Source: Thiotrichales bacterium
Lineage (GTDB): Bacteria; Pseudomonadota; Gammaproteobacteria; GCF-002020875
Direction: 5' to 3'
NCBI GenBank assembly: GCA_018658305.1
Contig: JABHVM010000073.1
Location: 1-59,420, forward strand
DNA length: 59,420 nt
The notes under the pieces were generated by a model. It searched no databases. It was not told where the DNA came from and was given only the letters and a program-made list of their open reading frames with translations. Position numbers and translations under genes: made by a program. Positions 1 to 9,381 of this stretch are shown here, piece by piece; position 1 is the stretch's first letter, and each line of letters begins with the position of its first letter.

Positions 1-35
1 AATGTCTGGCTTCCATTGCAACAGAGAATAAAAGT

Positions 36-1271
36 ATGAATCTAATAGATCGAAATAATAGAACTAAAAACATCTCTGTCTGGCTGAGCGCTGGCTTTAT
101 ATCTCTCCTTATTTTAATGTCTATTACTATTGCTCTTTCAGTGCAAGAGATTAACAGTCTTCATAAATATTTGGGGAAAATTGTAAATCAGGCTATTGTT
201 AAAAAAGATCTAGTTAGTCAGATGATAGATGCAAATCAGAATAGGGCTATTATAGTTCTTAAAATGTTGTATGAAGATGATCCATTTGAAAAAGATGATC
301 TGGCCATCCAGTTCGGAGAGTACGCTGGGGACTTTATGGTTGCACGCGAGAAGTTGATGCAGATGGATCTCTCTCCTATGGAGTTAAACAGTCTCCGAGA
401 CTCTTTTGGTAAGTCCAAAATAGGGACTGTAGCAATGACTAAAATAGTTGAGCTGGCGCTATCTGTTGAAGATATTACAAATGAGCAGCAAGATGAGTTA
501 ATTAAGGTTATGACGGAGCAGACAGAGCCTGCGCGTAAAAATGTTGTAGCAAATATGAATAATATAAAACGCGCAGCAGACGATAGTATTGCAAAAACTG
601 TGGTTAAAGCAAAAGAGGGGGCTGAATCAGCTCTCCAACTATTCTGGATCTTAGCTCTATTTATGCTTATAATTGCATCTACTACTGCATTTATCATCTT
701 CCGTAAAGTAACTGCTGCATCTAATCAACTCCAATTTATGTATGAGCAGATGGATCAGTTAGCGCGCAATGATGGGTTGACAGGGCTGCTAAATAGACGC
801 AGTTTTGAGGAGCACCTAGAGCTATCTATTATGCGTGCTAAGCGTTATCATAATAGTATAGCTGTACTTTTTTTAGATTTAGATGGATTTAAAGCGGTAA
901 ATGATTCGTTAGGGCATCAGGCAGGAGATATAGTGCTGCAAAAAGTATCGGCTCTATTCTTGGAGCAGATTAGAGATGTTGATACAGTAGCGCGGCTCGG
1001 TGGAGATGAGTTTGCAGTTATTCTTAATCAACCAGGTGATAGAGTGGAAACTGAAAAAGTTGCGACTCGTTTTTTAGCCTGTCTAGAATCTAATATAGAG
1101 TTACCTGCTGGGGAGAGCGCTGAGATAGGGGTTAGTATAGGAGTTGCTATATTTCCAAAAGATGGAGAAACAGAAGATGAGTTAGTGCAAAAGGCAGATG
1201 AGGCTATGTATAGATCTAAAAAAGCGGGTAAAAACTGCCTCCATTTTGCCGAGACCACAGAGAGTATATAG
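36..1271 (+). CDS. Membrane-anchored diguanylate cyclase (GGDEF domain) with N-terminal sensor region
   Basis: 411-aa ORF. Two hydrophobic segments (ISVWLSAGFISLLILMSITIAL and LQLFWILALFMLIIASTTAFIIF) flank a helical region. The C-terminal GGDEF domain has an intact RLGGDEF motif, an RDVD (RxxD) I-site five residues upstream, and the GLTGLLNRR signature. Confidence 0.85.
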   Translation: MNLIDRNNRTKNISVWLSAGFISLLILMSITIALSVQEINSLHKYLGKIVNQAIVKKDLVSQMIDANQNRAIIVLKMLYEDDPFEKDDLAIQFGEYAGDFMVAREKLMQMDLSPMELNSLRDSFGKSKIGTVAMTKIVELALSVEDITNEQQDELIKVMTEQTEPARKNVVANMNNIKRAADDSIAKTVVKAKEGAESALQLFWILALFMLIIASTTAFIIFRKVTAASNQLQFMYEQMDQLARNDGLTGLLNRRSFEEHLELSIMRAKRYHNSIAVLFLDLDGFKAVNDSLGHQAGDIVLQKVSALFLEQIRDVDTVARLGGDEFAVILNQPGDRVETEKVATRFLACLESNIELPAGESAEIGVSIGVAIFPKDGETEDELVQKADEAMYRSKKAGKNCLHFAETTESI

Positions 1272-1322
1272 AGTGAGAGAGCAGATAGAGATACTATTTA
1301 AATTTAGGTTGAGAGCAATACT

Positions 1323-1973
1323 ATGAATAGAGGGAAATTCATCACTGTTGAGGGCTCTGAAGGAGTTGGTAAAACTACTAATATCAACTATATTCGAACT
1401 ATTCTTGAACAACAAGGCAAGGAGGTAGTGGAGAGTCGCGAACCTGGGGGAACTCCTCTAGGTGAAGAGCTCCGTGAGCTGCTTCTCGATCATCGTCATA
1501 CTGGGATGAGCGAAGATGCGGAATTGCTCCTGATGTTTGCCGCGCGTGCCGAACATCTCGCACAACTAATCATTCCAGCTTTAGAGGCTGGTAAGTGGGT
1601 TATCTGTGACCGCTTTACAGACGCCAGCCACGCTTATCAGGGAGGAGGGCGTGGGATTAAGAGCTCTCGAATCTCAACACTAGAAAGTTGGGTGCAACGA
1701 TGGGAAGATGGATCAGAGCTGCAACCTGATTTCACTCTACTCTTAGATATTGATCCTAAAATAGGGCTGGAGCGAGCAGGTAAACGAGGTGCGTTAGACC
1801 GTTTTGAGAAGGAGCAGAGTGACTTTTTCGAGCGGGTGCGTCAAGAGTATCTGCGTAGAGCAACTGAGTCACCAGAACGCTTTCATATCGTAGATGCAGG
1901 AGAGACATTAACAGAGGTTCAGCAGAGTATTGCAGCTGCATTATTGTTAATGACGAATATAGGAAGTTCTTGA
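1323..1973 (+). CDS. tmk: Thymidylate kinase
   Basis: 216 aa. P-loop FITVEGSEGVGKTT, a DRF motif and typical Tmk length. Followed by holB as in other gammaproteobacteria. Confidence 0.95.
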   Translation: MNRGKFITVEGSEGVGKTTNINYIRTILEQQGKEVVESREPGGTPLGEELRELLLDHRHTGMSEDAELLLMFAARAEHLAQLIIPALEAGKWVICDRFTDASHAYQGGGRGIKSSRISTLESWVQRWEDGSELQPDFTLLLDIDPKIGLERAGKRGALDRFEKEQSDFFERVRQEYLRRATESPERFHIVDAGETLTEVQQSIAAALLLMTNIGSS

Positions 1974-2929
1974 TGCCCACTCCTATATTCTCTTGGCATC
2001 AACAGCTCTGGGAAGATTTTATGCGCCGCATTGTGCAAAATAGAGTTCCCCACGCACTTCTGCTGTATGGACAAGCTGGAAGTGGAAAACTTCAGTTTGG
2101 ATTGGCTCTAGCAGAGCTCAGACTCTGTACCACCGCTAACTCTTCCTCTACTGCCTCCACTCCTAGTCCAACTGCCTGTGGAGAGTGCTCATCTTGTAAA
2201 CTATTTAGAGCTGGCACTCACTCCGATTTTACTCTACTCCAACCAGAGGAGGGCAAGAGTATATTGAGTGTAGATGCGATGCGGGAGATGGTAGCAGGTG
2301 CAGCGTATACTCCACAAATATCTCCTCGACGAGTGGTGGTAATTAACCCAGCTGAATCTATGAATCGTAACTCTGCCAATAGCCTCCTAAAAACTTTAGA
2401 GGAGCCGCCAGGAGATACTAATATAATTTTAATCTCGCATACTCCATCTATGCTACTTCCTACTATTCGTAGCCGTTGTCAGCAGATCGCGTTTCCTCCA
2501 CCAAGTTCTGCAGAAGCAGCGCAGTGGTTACAGGAGCAGGGAGTGAGTGCGGAAGAGGTCGCTGAGGTGCTGCAGCTTGCCGAGGGAGCACCACTACACG
2601 CGCTAACACTTGCCAGTTCCGATCAAAGAGAGCATAACAAGCTGATGGGAGAGGAGCTCAACGCACTACAGCGGGGGCAAGCAAACCCGATCAAAGTTGC
2701 ATACCGCTGGGCAAACAAAAAAAACGATCCTGTATTAACCCTACGCTGGTTGCAGCAACGAGTGGTATCTATTATTAAAACTGCCTATAAAGTTGAGTCA
2801 CCAGCTTCTCAGCAACTGTTTCTCTTTTTAGATAAGGTTAATGAATCACTCTCACTCGCTAACTCACCGCTCAATAAAGAGCTGATGTTTGAAACGCTAC
2901 TTTTAGATTGGAGCAAACTTAGATCATGA
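1973..2929 (+). CDS. holB: DNA polymerase III subunit delta prime
   Basis: HALLLYGQAGSGK, a Cys-rich zinc module (CGECSSCK) and SRCQ sensor motifs. The ORF track starts at TTG 1970. ATG 1973, overlapping the tmk stop (TGATG), is the more likely start. Confidence 0.85.
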   Translation: MPTPIFSWHQQLWEDFMRRIVQNRVPHALLLYGQAGSGKLQFGLALAELRLCTTANSSSTASTPSPTACGECSSCKLFRAGTHSDFTLLQPEEGKSILSVDAMREMVAGAAYTPQISPRRVVVINPAESMNRNSANSLLKTLEEPPGDTNIILISHTPSMLLPTIRSRCQQIAFPPPSSAEAAQWLQEQGVSAEEVAEVLQLAEGAPLHALTLASSDQREHNKLMGEELNALQRGQANPIKVAYRWANKKNDPVLTLRWLQQRVVSIIKTAYKVESPASQQLFLFLDKVNESLSLANSPLNKELMFETLLLDWSKLRS

Positions 2930-3678
2930 TCGATTCACATTGCCACTTAGACCGCCTAAACTCGGTTGATGATGCGTTAAAGCTTGCAGAGGAGGAGGGG
3001 GTGTCTGGCTTTCTTAATGTCTGTATAGATCTGGATAACTTTGATAAAGTTCTAGCTATTGCCGAGGCACACTCTAATATTGTAGCTTCAGTTGGAGTCC
3101 ATCCCAATGATGTTGGTGAGTCTGAGACAGATATTAGAGAACTTTTAAGTTTGGCAGATAATTCAAAAGTAGTTGCAATTGGTGAGACAGGGTTGGACTA
3201 CCACTACACCATCGAAGCACTGCAGTATCAGCAACAGAGTTTTCGTACTCATATTCAAGCAGCTAAAGAGTGTGGTAAGCCATTAATTGTTCACACCAGA
3301 GAGGCGCGAGAAGATACTATTAAAATCTTGCAGGAGGAGGGGGCAGAAGAGTGTGGAGGTCTCCTCCACTGTTTTACAGAAAATTTAGCTATGGCACAAC
3401 AGGCTCTTGAACTGGGCTTCTATATATCATTCTCTGGAATAATTACATTTAACAGTGCCAAAGAGTTGCAGGAGATAGTTAAAGAGATACCTGAAGATAG
3501 AATCTTGGTCGAAACTGACGCTCCATATCTAGCTCCCGTCCCATTTAGAGGGAGACCAAACCAGCCAGCCTATGTTAAACAGGTTGCTGAGAAGATGGCA
3601 GAGTTACGAGGGGTAAGTTTAGCTGAAATTGATACAATTACTACGGACAACTTTAATAGACTATTCGGCTCGATCTAA
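2926..3678 (+). CDS. TatD-family metal-dependent hydrolase/DNase (YcfH-like)
   Basis: 250 aa. N-terminal IDSHCHLD, GETGLDYH and ETDAPYL motifs of the TatD family. Its ATGA start overlaps the holB stop. Confidence 0.9.
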   Translation: MIDSHCHLDRLNSVDDALKLAEEEGVSGFLNVCIDLDNFDKVLAIAEAHSNIVASVGVHPNDVGESETDIRELLSLADNSKVVAIGETGLDYHYTIEALQYQQQSFRTHIQAAKECGKPLIVHTREAREDTIKILQEEGAEECGGLLHCFTENLAMAQQALELGFYISFSGIITFNSAKELQEIVKEIPEDRILVETDAPYLAPVPFRGRPNQPAYVKQVAEKMAELRGVSLAEIDTITTDNFNRLFGSI

Positions 3679-4712
3679 TGCCACTCTCTAGTGAAGATCA
3701 ACTCCGTATTCAAGTTATGTTTCATAATAACCCAGAAGCTATTCGCATAGATGAGAATAGAATGGTTCTATATGCACTAACTCAAAACGGGGAGGCATCG
3801 ATTCCGCTCTCTCCAAACTGCACAAATGATAACTATATTAAAGAGTTAAAAGGGATGCTGGCTGAGTATACATTGGGAAGTAGTGGAGGATATCCAATCT
3901 ATCTCAAGCGCTGGAGTAGAATGGGTGACACTGAAGGGAGCCATCTACAGAAGTTTCTTCTCTTAGGAGAACCTGAAGCGGTGGTTGCAGTAGCGAACTC
4001 GCCAGCATTAACTATCGATTTAGCCCATAAAGCATGGTGGGCAGTGACAAATACAGCTGAGCAATCGGAGCAGGGACTCCAGATGTTGTGTCATGAATGT
4101 GTAGTTAAAGATTCGTTAGGGGTTGAAATTGCAGAGTATTTAATGGAGTACCTCCCGTTTTTAGTGAATGAGGAGAAGATATTGGCTACTCTATCTACTG
4201 TTCTCCAAGATGGACTACTAAGTGAAGAGAGGGTAACTAAAATTTGGGAACGGAGTCAGGATCGAGGAAAGGGCATCTATCAGATAGCTTTTTTACAGGC
4301 AAGAGTTAACTCTCTCCCTATTAACTCTATAGATCTTAGTTTAGAACTTCTAGATAAGGTCTCAAATGAGACCTCTGTATACGCACTGCTAAATGCGATA
4401 GGGATATCGTTTAGTAGTGCGGATCCTGTAAAGTTAGCCCTGAATAAACTGATACTAAAAGAGAGAGAGTATAGTGAATTTACCGAGCTGATAGATATAG
4501 TGGATAATTTTATAGCAGATGAGAGTGTAAAGTATGAGAGTGGTAATTATAATAATAAAACAGATAGATCAGAACTTATTCTCTCTCAACTAAACGAAAA
4601 AGCAGCATTTAGTTATATTCTCCATAGTGGTTCAGTAGGAAGGTCTTTACGCAAAAAAGTGTCTCCACTGTTTAGTTTAATCAAGCAGCATCTACTTAAA
4701 CTGAAAAGTTAA
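3678..4712 (+). CDS. Hypothetical protein, translationally coupled to tatD
   Basis: 344-aa ORF with protein-like composition. Its start overlaps the tatD stop by 1 nt (TAATG). I recognise no motif with confidence. From memory only, the N-terminal half (SSEDQLRIQV..AIRIDE, GGYPIYLKRWSRMG, LLLGEPEAVVA) may resemble the DsrS-type proteins of sulfur oxidisers; this is unverified. Confidence 0.55.
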   Translation: MPLSSEDQLRIQVMFHNNPEAIRIDENRMVLYALTQNGEASIPLSPNCTNDNYIKELKGMLAEYTLGSSGGYPIYLKRWSRMGDTEGSHLQKFLLLGEPEAVVAVANSPALTIDLAHKAWWAVTNTAEQSEQGLQMLCHECVVKDSLGVEIAEYLMEYLPFLVNEEKILATLSTVLQDGLLSEERVTKIWERSQDRGKGIYQIAFLQARVNSLPINSIDLSLELLDKVSNETSVYALLNAIGISFSSADPVKLALNKLILKEREYSEFTELIDIVDNFIADESVKYESGNYNNKTDRSELILSQLNEKAAFSYILHSGSVGRSLRKKVSPLFSLIKQHLLKLKS

Positions 4713-4897
4713 GATAGAGATAAAACTATAAATATATCAACCAAATAACAATAGAACTGTCCAGTAAAATTATCTTAATTCATATAATTAAGCGCATACC
4801 ATCCAAGTCAAAACTGAGATTGACTTTATATCCATAGAGGTATAAAGTTGTTCGTGCATACATTGCATATTTGAATCTATAAAAGGAGTATTGAAAA

Positions 4898-5422
4898 ATG
4901 AAAAAAATGGTCATGATTGTGGGGTTTTTCGCTACACTGTTATCTCTATCACTCTCCGCAGAGGTGATGGATGTTGAGAAATATTCAATAATTGCAACGG
5001 AGATCATTCGTGAGTCGATGAAAATGGAAGGGGCGGATACTCAAAAAATGTTACAGCAGAGTGAGACACTGATTCAGATGGGAATAGCCTCCAGTCGCGC
5101 CTACGCGGCAGTAAATCCTGAATATACGAAACTGCTCACTCTAACGGCAGACAATGCCGAGGGGATGAAAGCAATGTCGCTGGATCAGGTTGAAGAGGAG
5201 TGGCATGAGTTTGCTTTTCTTGCACGTCATGGAATTGATGCAGAGGAGATTGAACATTTTGGTGCAGCGATCAGCCTGATGGATACCATTGTGCATCCTG
5301 CAACCTCGGTCATTGCAATTCGCGCCTATCAAGCGGAGAAAGATGAGGAGCATCTGGAGCAGGTCAAGGCGGAACTCTCTGAGGTGCTGGAGCATATCAA
5401 ACATGTCAATGAAGCGCATTAA
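4898..5422 (+). CDS. Secreted all-helical hypothetical protein
   Basis: 174 aa. AAGGAG lies 9 nt upstream of the start. N-terminal signal peptide (MKKMVMIVGFFATLLSLSLSA/EV). The mature part is acidic, helical and His-rich at the C-terminus (EHLEQVKAELSEVLEHIKHVNEAH). Confidence 0.6.
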   Translation: MKKMVMIVGFFATLLSLSLSAEVMDVEKYSIIATEIIRESMKMEGADTQKMLQQSETLIQMGIASSRAYAAVNPEYTKLLTLTADNAEGMKAMSLDQVEEEWHEFAFLARHGIDAEEIEHFGAAISLMDTIVHPATSVIAIRAYQAEKDEEHLEQVKAELSEVLEHIKHVNEAH

Positions 5423-5508
5423 GGGAAAATAAACAGCTCAATATAAATTATTTCTCTATAACTTGTCCTCAGTAGGATCTGGGGATCTTTTCATTTAAGG
5501 AGTATTAT

Positions 5509-5622
5509 ATGTCGTTGAGGCTACGGTCAAGATTGTTGTCTGGTTTTTTGGGAATCGCAGCCCTCCTGATGATTTCGGTGGAAAAAAGTGATTCCATTAA
5601 AAAAATCGACCATAAAGGATAG
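5509..5622 (+). CDS. Candidate 37-aa membrane mini-ORF, or fossil N-terminus of a sensor protein
   Basis: Below the ORF-track size cutoff. AAGGAG (5497-5502) sits 6 nt before ATG 5509. It encodes MSLRLRSRLLSGFLGIAALLMISVEKSDSIKKIDHKG, a signal-anchor-like sequence. It ends TAG TAA, immediately followed in the same frame by the ATG of the next gene. Confidence 0.3.
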   Translation: MSLRLRSRLLSGFLGIAALLMISVEKSDSIKKIDHKG

Positions 5623-5625
5623 TAA

Positions 5626-7740
5626 ATGGGCAGAATTATGAAACGATTAAATTATGAAACGATTAGTCGAGTGAGTATTAAGGGTAGAACACTCAAACAG
5701 AAGCTCTATCTGGGGATTGGAGCAATGTTACTCTCCATTGTGGCAATGTCAGGATCATCTTTCTATCTGCTGGTTCAGGCTATATCAGAGACCGATCAGC
5801 TGGTGATGCAGGAGTTTAAGCAGCAGGAGCAAGATGCTTTTGTGGTGACTCAGTTAGAGCAAATTATTGGTCAAGCACAAGGTTATACTACTATATGGGA
5901 TGAGGCAGTCTTGGAGCAGTATCGTGCGGATATTCGACAAGGAATTTTCGAGATTACAGAAATTGTTTCAAACTCCTCCCGCCCACAAATTTTACAATCC
6001 GGTTTTCAGTCCTCACTGGAGGCCCTCTCCAATACGATTGAGATGATCTTTGATGCCCATGATGCGCGTGCGAACTTCTTTTTTGTTTTTGAAGAGCATC
6101 AATATGATTTGAGCCGTTTTGTTATGTTGGTTCATCGTGAGCTAGACCAATGGATTCTTCAATTACGAGATGCTGCACAATTTAATGTTCCATTTAAGGG
6201 TAATTTGGATACGAATGCCTCCCTGTTTGAGCGCTGGTATCCACAGTATCAAATAAGGTTAGATGATCTTGAGTTAGAGAGGATGTTGGATCGTTACCGA
6301 ACCCTTAACCAGAAAGCGTATCGTTTTGCCATTAAGGTCAATAGTGCTGAGGGAGATCTTAGGATGTCTCACTTTACTCGTGGAATTAATCGGCAAATTT
6401 ATAAAGCCCGACGCACTCTTACCCAGGTCGAGGCTCATATTTCTCCACGACTAAATCAAGTTAATCTTTCTGAGGCAGAGGCAGTTCTTGACCTAATGGC
6501 AGATGTGGGTGATTTCAGAGAGATGATTGATCTCTATCGTGACGAGGGGGGTGTGATCATCAATGAGGCAAGAGAGAGACTTTTTCAACTTCAGCAGCGA
6601 GTCTATAATTTCCTCTATTGGGGGATTTTTTTAGCGATTGTTTTCTCCATCGTATTTGTGACTCGTTTTGTCCGCACTATTCACCAACCTATTCATTCGA
6701 TCACCAATACGATACGCACCATTGCAGCAGAGGGGGTGCTCACCTATCGCACAGAGGTTTATGGGGTCGGGGAGATTGCCGATGCGGCTGATTCACTGAA
6801 TCACCTGCTGAATCGACTGGAAGAGATGTTTTCTCGCACCCAGGCGCTGATGAATGAGGTGGTGGCAGGTAATTTCAGTGATCGAATCGATACGGAGGTC
6901 ACGGGGGATCTATTGCAGCTAAAACAGTCGATCAACCAAGGTGTTGGTGAGGTTCATGCCTCGATGGAAGAGATCAACAGGGTGTTGATTGCAATCAGTT
7001 TTGGTAATTATGGGTATCGTGTGGAGGGAGACTACCAAGGGGCACTGGAGATCACCAAAGCCAATATTAATTTAGCAGCAGCGGCTCTGGAGAAGAAGAC
7101 GACTGATCTTGAGCAAGCTAAAGATATGCTGGAACTTAGAGTCATTGAGCGCACGCACCAGCTCGAGGAGTCCAATCGAAACTTGGAAAAAGAGATTGGG
7201 CAGAGAAAATTGGTCGAAGAGAAACTGAAACGGATGGCCCACTATGATGTGTTGACAGGACTTCCCAACCGAATGTTGTTAATGGATCGTCTACAGTTGG
7301 AGTTGAGGCGAGCGGATCGTGAAAAGACCCATCTGGCACTTCTCTTTCTGGATCTGGATGGGTTTAAGGCCGTCAATGATACGTTGGGCCATAAAGCTGG
7401 AGATCTACTATTAATTGAGGTTGCCCACCGTCTGCGAGCGCTGGTCCGTGAGGTGGATACCGTATCTCGTTTAGGTGGAGATGAGTTTGTGATTCTGTTA
7501 GGAGATTGGGAGAGTGGCTCATTTATTGATCAATTTGCAGAGAAGCTGATTAAGGAGTTATCAAAACCCATTACTGTAGAGAGAGAAGAGGCGAAAATTG
7601 GGGTCAGTATGGGGATCGCATTCTATCCAGATCACGCAGAAACCCAGTCGGATCTGCTGAAATTTGCAGACCAGGCGATGTACCAAGCCAAAAAACAGGG
7701 GAAGGGTCAGTTTTGTTACTATGGTGAATGTAGCGAATAA
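5626..7740 (+). CDS. Sensor diguanylate cyclase (large N-terminal sensor region, HAMP-like linker repeats, coiled coil, GGDEF)
   Basis: 704 aa. Two TM segments (LYLGIGAMLLSIVAMSGSSFYLL; FLYWGIFLAIVFSIVFV) bracket a ~290-aa sensor region. The C-terminal GGDEF domain has RLGGDEF and an REVD I-site. An alternative start exists at Met5 (5638). Confidence 0.85.
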   Translation: MGRIMKRLNYETISRVSIKGRTLKQKLYLGIGAMLLSIVAMSGSSFYLLVQAISETDQLVMQEFKQQEQDAFVVTQLEQIIGQAQGYTTIWDEAVLEQYRADIRQGIFEITEIVSNSSRPQILQSGFQSSLEALSNTIEMIFDAHDARANFFFVFEEHQYDLSRFVMLVHRELDQWILQLRDAAQFNVPFKGNLDTNASLFERWYPQYQIRLDDLELERMLDRYRTLNQKAYRFAIKVNSAEGDLRMSHFTRGINRQIYKARRTLTQVEAHISPRLNQVNLSEAEAVLDLMADVGDFREMIDLYRDEGGVIINEARERLFQLQQRVYNFLYWGIFLAIVFSIVFVTRFVRTIHQPIHSITNTIRTIAAEGVLTYRTEVYGVGEIADAADSLNHLLNRLEEMFSRTQALMNEVVAGNFSDRIDTEVTGDLLQLKQSINQGVGEVHASMEEINRVLIAISFGNYGYRVEGDYQGALEITKANINLAAAALEKKTTDLEQAKDMLELRVIERTHQLEESNRNLEKEIGQRKLVEEKLKRMAHYDVLTGLPNRMLLMDRLQLELRRADREKTHLALLFLDLDGFKAVNDTLGHKAGDLLLIEVAHRLRALVREVDTVSRLGGDEFVILLGDWESGSFIDQFAEKLIKELSKPITVEREEAKIGVSMGIAFYPDHAETQSDLLKFADQAMYQAKKQGKGQFCYYGECSE

Positions 7741-7765
7741 TGATGAGAAAAGGGAGTAATCAACG

Positions 7766-8170
7766 ATGCTGATTAAGTGGGAACCAAAAATGACCGTAGG
7801 GGTTAAGGTGATTGATGAACATCACAAGCAATTGATTGGTTTAATCAATACACTGTTTGATGCGATGCGTTCTGATCAGGGAGAAGCGGTGGTTGGGGGA
7901 GTGCTCCAGCAGCTGGGGGAGTATGTGCAATATCATTTTGATTATGAAGAGGGGTTGCTAAAAAAGTATGATTATCCTCAGTTTAATAGTCACCACCAGG
8001 AACATCAACTGCTAATAGGAAAGCTCAAGGTGCTACAGATAAAGTCGAGTAGTCATCAGGCAGAGCTCACGATAGGTGTGATGCATTTTCTCCGCGATTG
8101 GTTACAGAACCATATTCTGGTGAGTGATATGGCCTACGCTACATTCCTGCAGGAAAAAGGGATCTCTTAG
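7766..8170 (+). CDS. Bacteriohemerythrin (hemerythrin-like metal-binding protein)
   Basis: 134 aa. WEPKMTVGVKVIDEHHKQL is a typical N-terminus. His/Glu/Asp ligand pattern: HH..., H-x3-E (YHFDYEE), HHQEH, and HFLRDWLQNHI..D. AGGGAG SD lies upstream. Confidence 0.85.
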   Translation: MLIKWEPKMTVGVKVIDEHHKQLIGLINTLFDAMRSDQGEAVVGGVLQQLGEYVQYHFDYEEGLLKKYDYPQFNSHHQEHQLLIGKLKVLQIKSSSHQAELTIGVMHFLRDWLQNHILVSDMAYATFLQEKGIS

Positions 8171-8234
8171 AAAATATGCCTCTGGACTGTAAGATAAATA
8201 ACGGTAGAACCTAATATGAATAATAGAACCTAAT

Positions 8235-8993
8235 ATGATACTGATAATATCGCCAGCTAAAAAATTAGATTTTGATGATGTTGTTCCAGAGATTGGAATG
8301 AGCAGACCGCAACTTATGTCAGATGCAGTTGAGCTTGCTTCAATTATGAGCAAGCAGAGTCAGGATGAGATTAAACACCTAATGAAGTTGAGTGACAATC
8401 TTGCATCACTCAATTTTGAACGCTATCAAAGCTGGACAGATGATATAAGTGAACTACACTCAAAACAGGCGATTCTAGCTTTTAGAGGAGATGTCTATGC
8501 TGGAATGGCAGCTACAAGTTTTGAGCAGTCAGATTTTGATTTTGCGCAGCAACACCTAAGAATTCTATCTGGTCTTTATGGCGTGCTCCGTCCATTAGAT
8601 ATGATTCAACCACACAGATTGGAGATGGGGACAAAATTAGCCAATAAAAGAGGTAGAGATCTCTATGCATTTTGGAGAGAAAAGAGTGCTAAATTGATAG
8701 ACTATGAGAGTCCAATTATCAACTTATCTTCGCAAGAGTATTTTAAATCTATAGAGCAGTCACAATTAAGCTCTAAAGTGATAACCCCAGTTTTTAAAGA
8801 TATGAAAAATGGTGAGTACAAGATCATCAGCATCTACGCAAAAAAGGCACGAGGAATGATGGTCGATTTTGCACTCCGTAACCGTTTAAGTAATCCTGAA
8901 CAGCTAAAAGAGTTCTCGGCAGCGGGCTATAAGTTCTCAAAAGATGGATCTAATGACGAACAGTTACTCTTTTTGCGTGATATGCACATATAG
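8235..8993 (+). CDS. yaaA: Peroxide stress protein YaaA (UPF0246/DUF328)
   Basis: 252 aa. Starts MILIISPAKKLDF, has the RILSGLYGVLRPLDMIQPHRLEM block and the SIYAKKARGMM block, all characteristic of YaaA. Confidence 0.9.
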   Translation: MILIISPAKKLDFDDVVPEIGMSRPQLMSDAVELASIMSKQSQDEIKHLMKLSDNLASLNFERYQSWTDDISELHSKQAILAFRGDVYAGMAATSFEQSDFDFAQQHLRILSGLYGVLRPLDMIQPHRLEMGTKLANKRGRDLYAFWREKSAKLIDYESPIINLSSQEYFKSIEQSQLSSKVITPVFKDMKNGEYKIISIYAKKARGMMVDFALRNRLSNPEQLKEFSAAGYKFSKDGSNDEQLLFLRDMHI

Positions 8994-9150
8994 ATAAAAT
9001 CCAACAGGCAAAATAAGAGTCCAGCATAATCATCACAATTGCGCATAATCTATATTATGTTAAATTACCTTATATTGATTAAGACTACCTTATTAAGAGT
9101 TACTTCTGACGAGCCTTGTCTGCTCTTCTTGTATTATAACCGACCAAGGT

Positions 9151-9381
9151 TTATCTGCAAGTCACAACAATGCGCTCTACAAGCCATAACTTTATTAGTG
9201 ATTGCCTCGTAACTCCTACTCGACTAGCTTCATTATCCAGACTTTTAACAACCCATTTTGGAAAATCTACATTAACCCGAAATGTCTCATGATTAAGACG
9301 ACTCGCACTACTAAGGTCTGCGAGATCCATTACATCTGTCTCTCCCTCATCAACCAGTTTGTCGATTTGTTTAGCCTTCAT
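9151..9381 (-). CDS. brnA: BrnA-type antitoxin (ribbon-helix-helix/CopG-like)
   Basis: 76 aa. C-terminal VNVDFPKWVVKSLDNEASRVGVTRQSLIKLWLVERI is an RHH signature typical of BrnA. Overlaps the upstream brnT by 11 nt. Confidence 0.8.
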   Translation of the reverse strand: MKAKQIDKLVDEGETDVMDLADLSSASRLNHETFRVNVDFPKWVVKSLDNEASRVGVTRQSLIKLWLVERIVVTCR

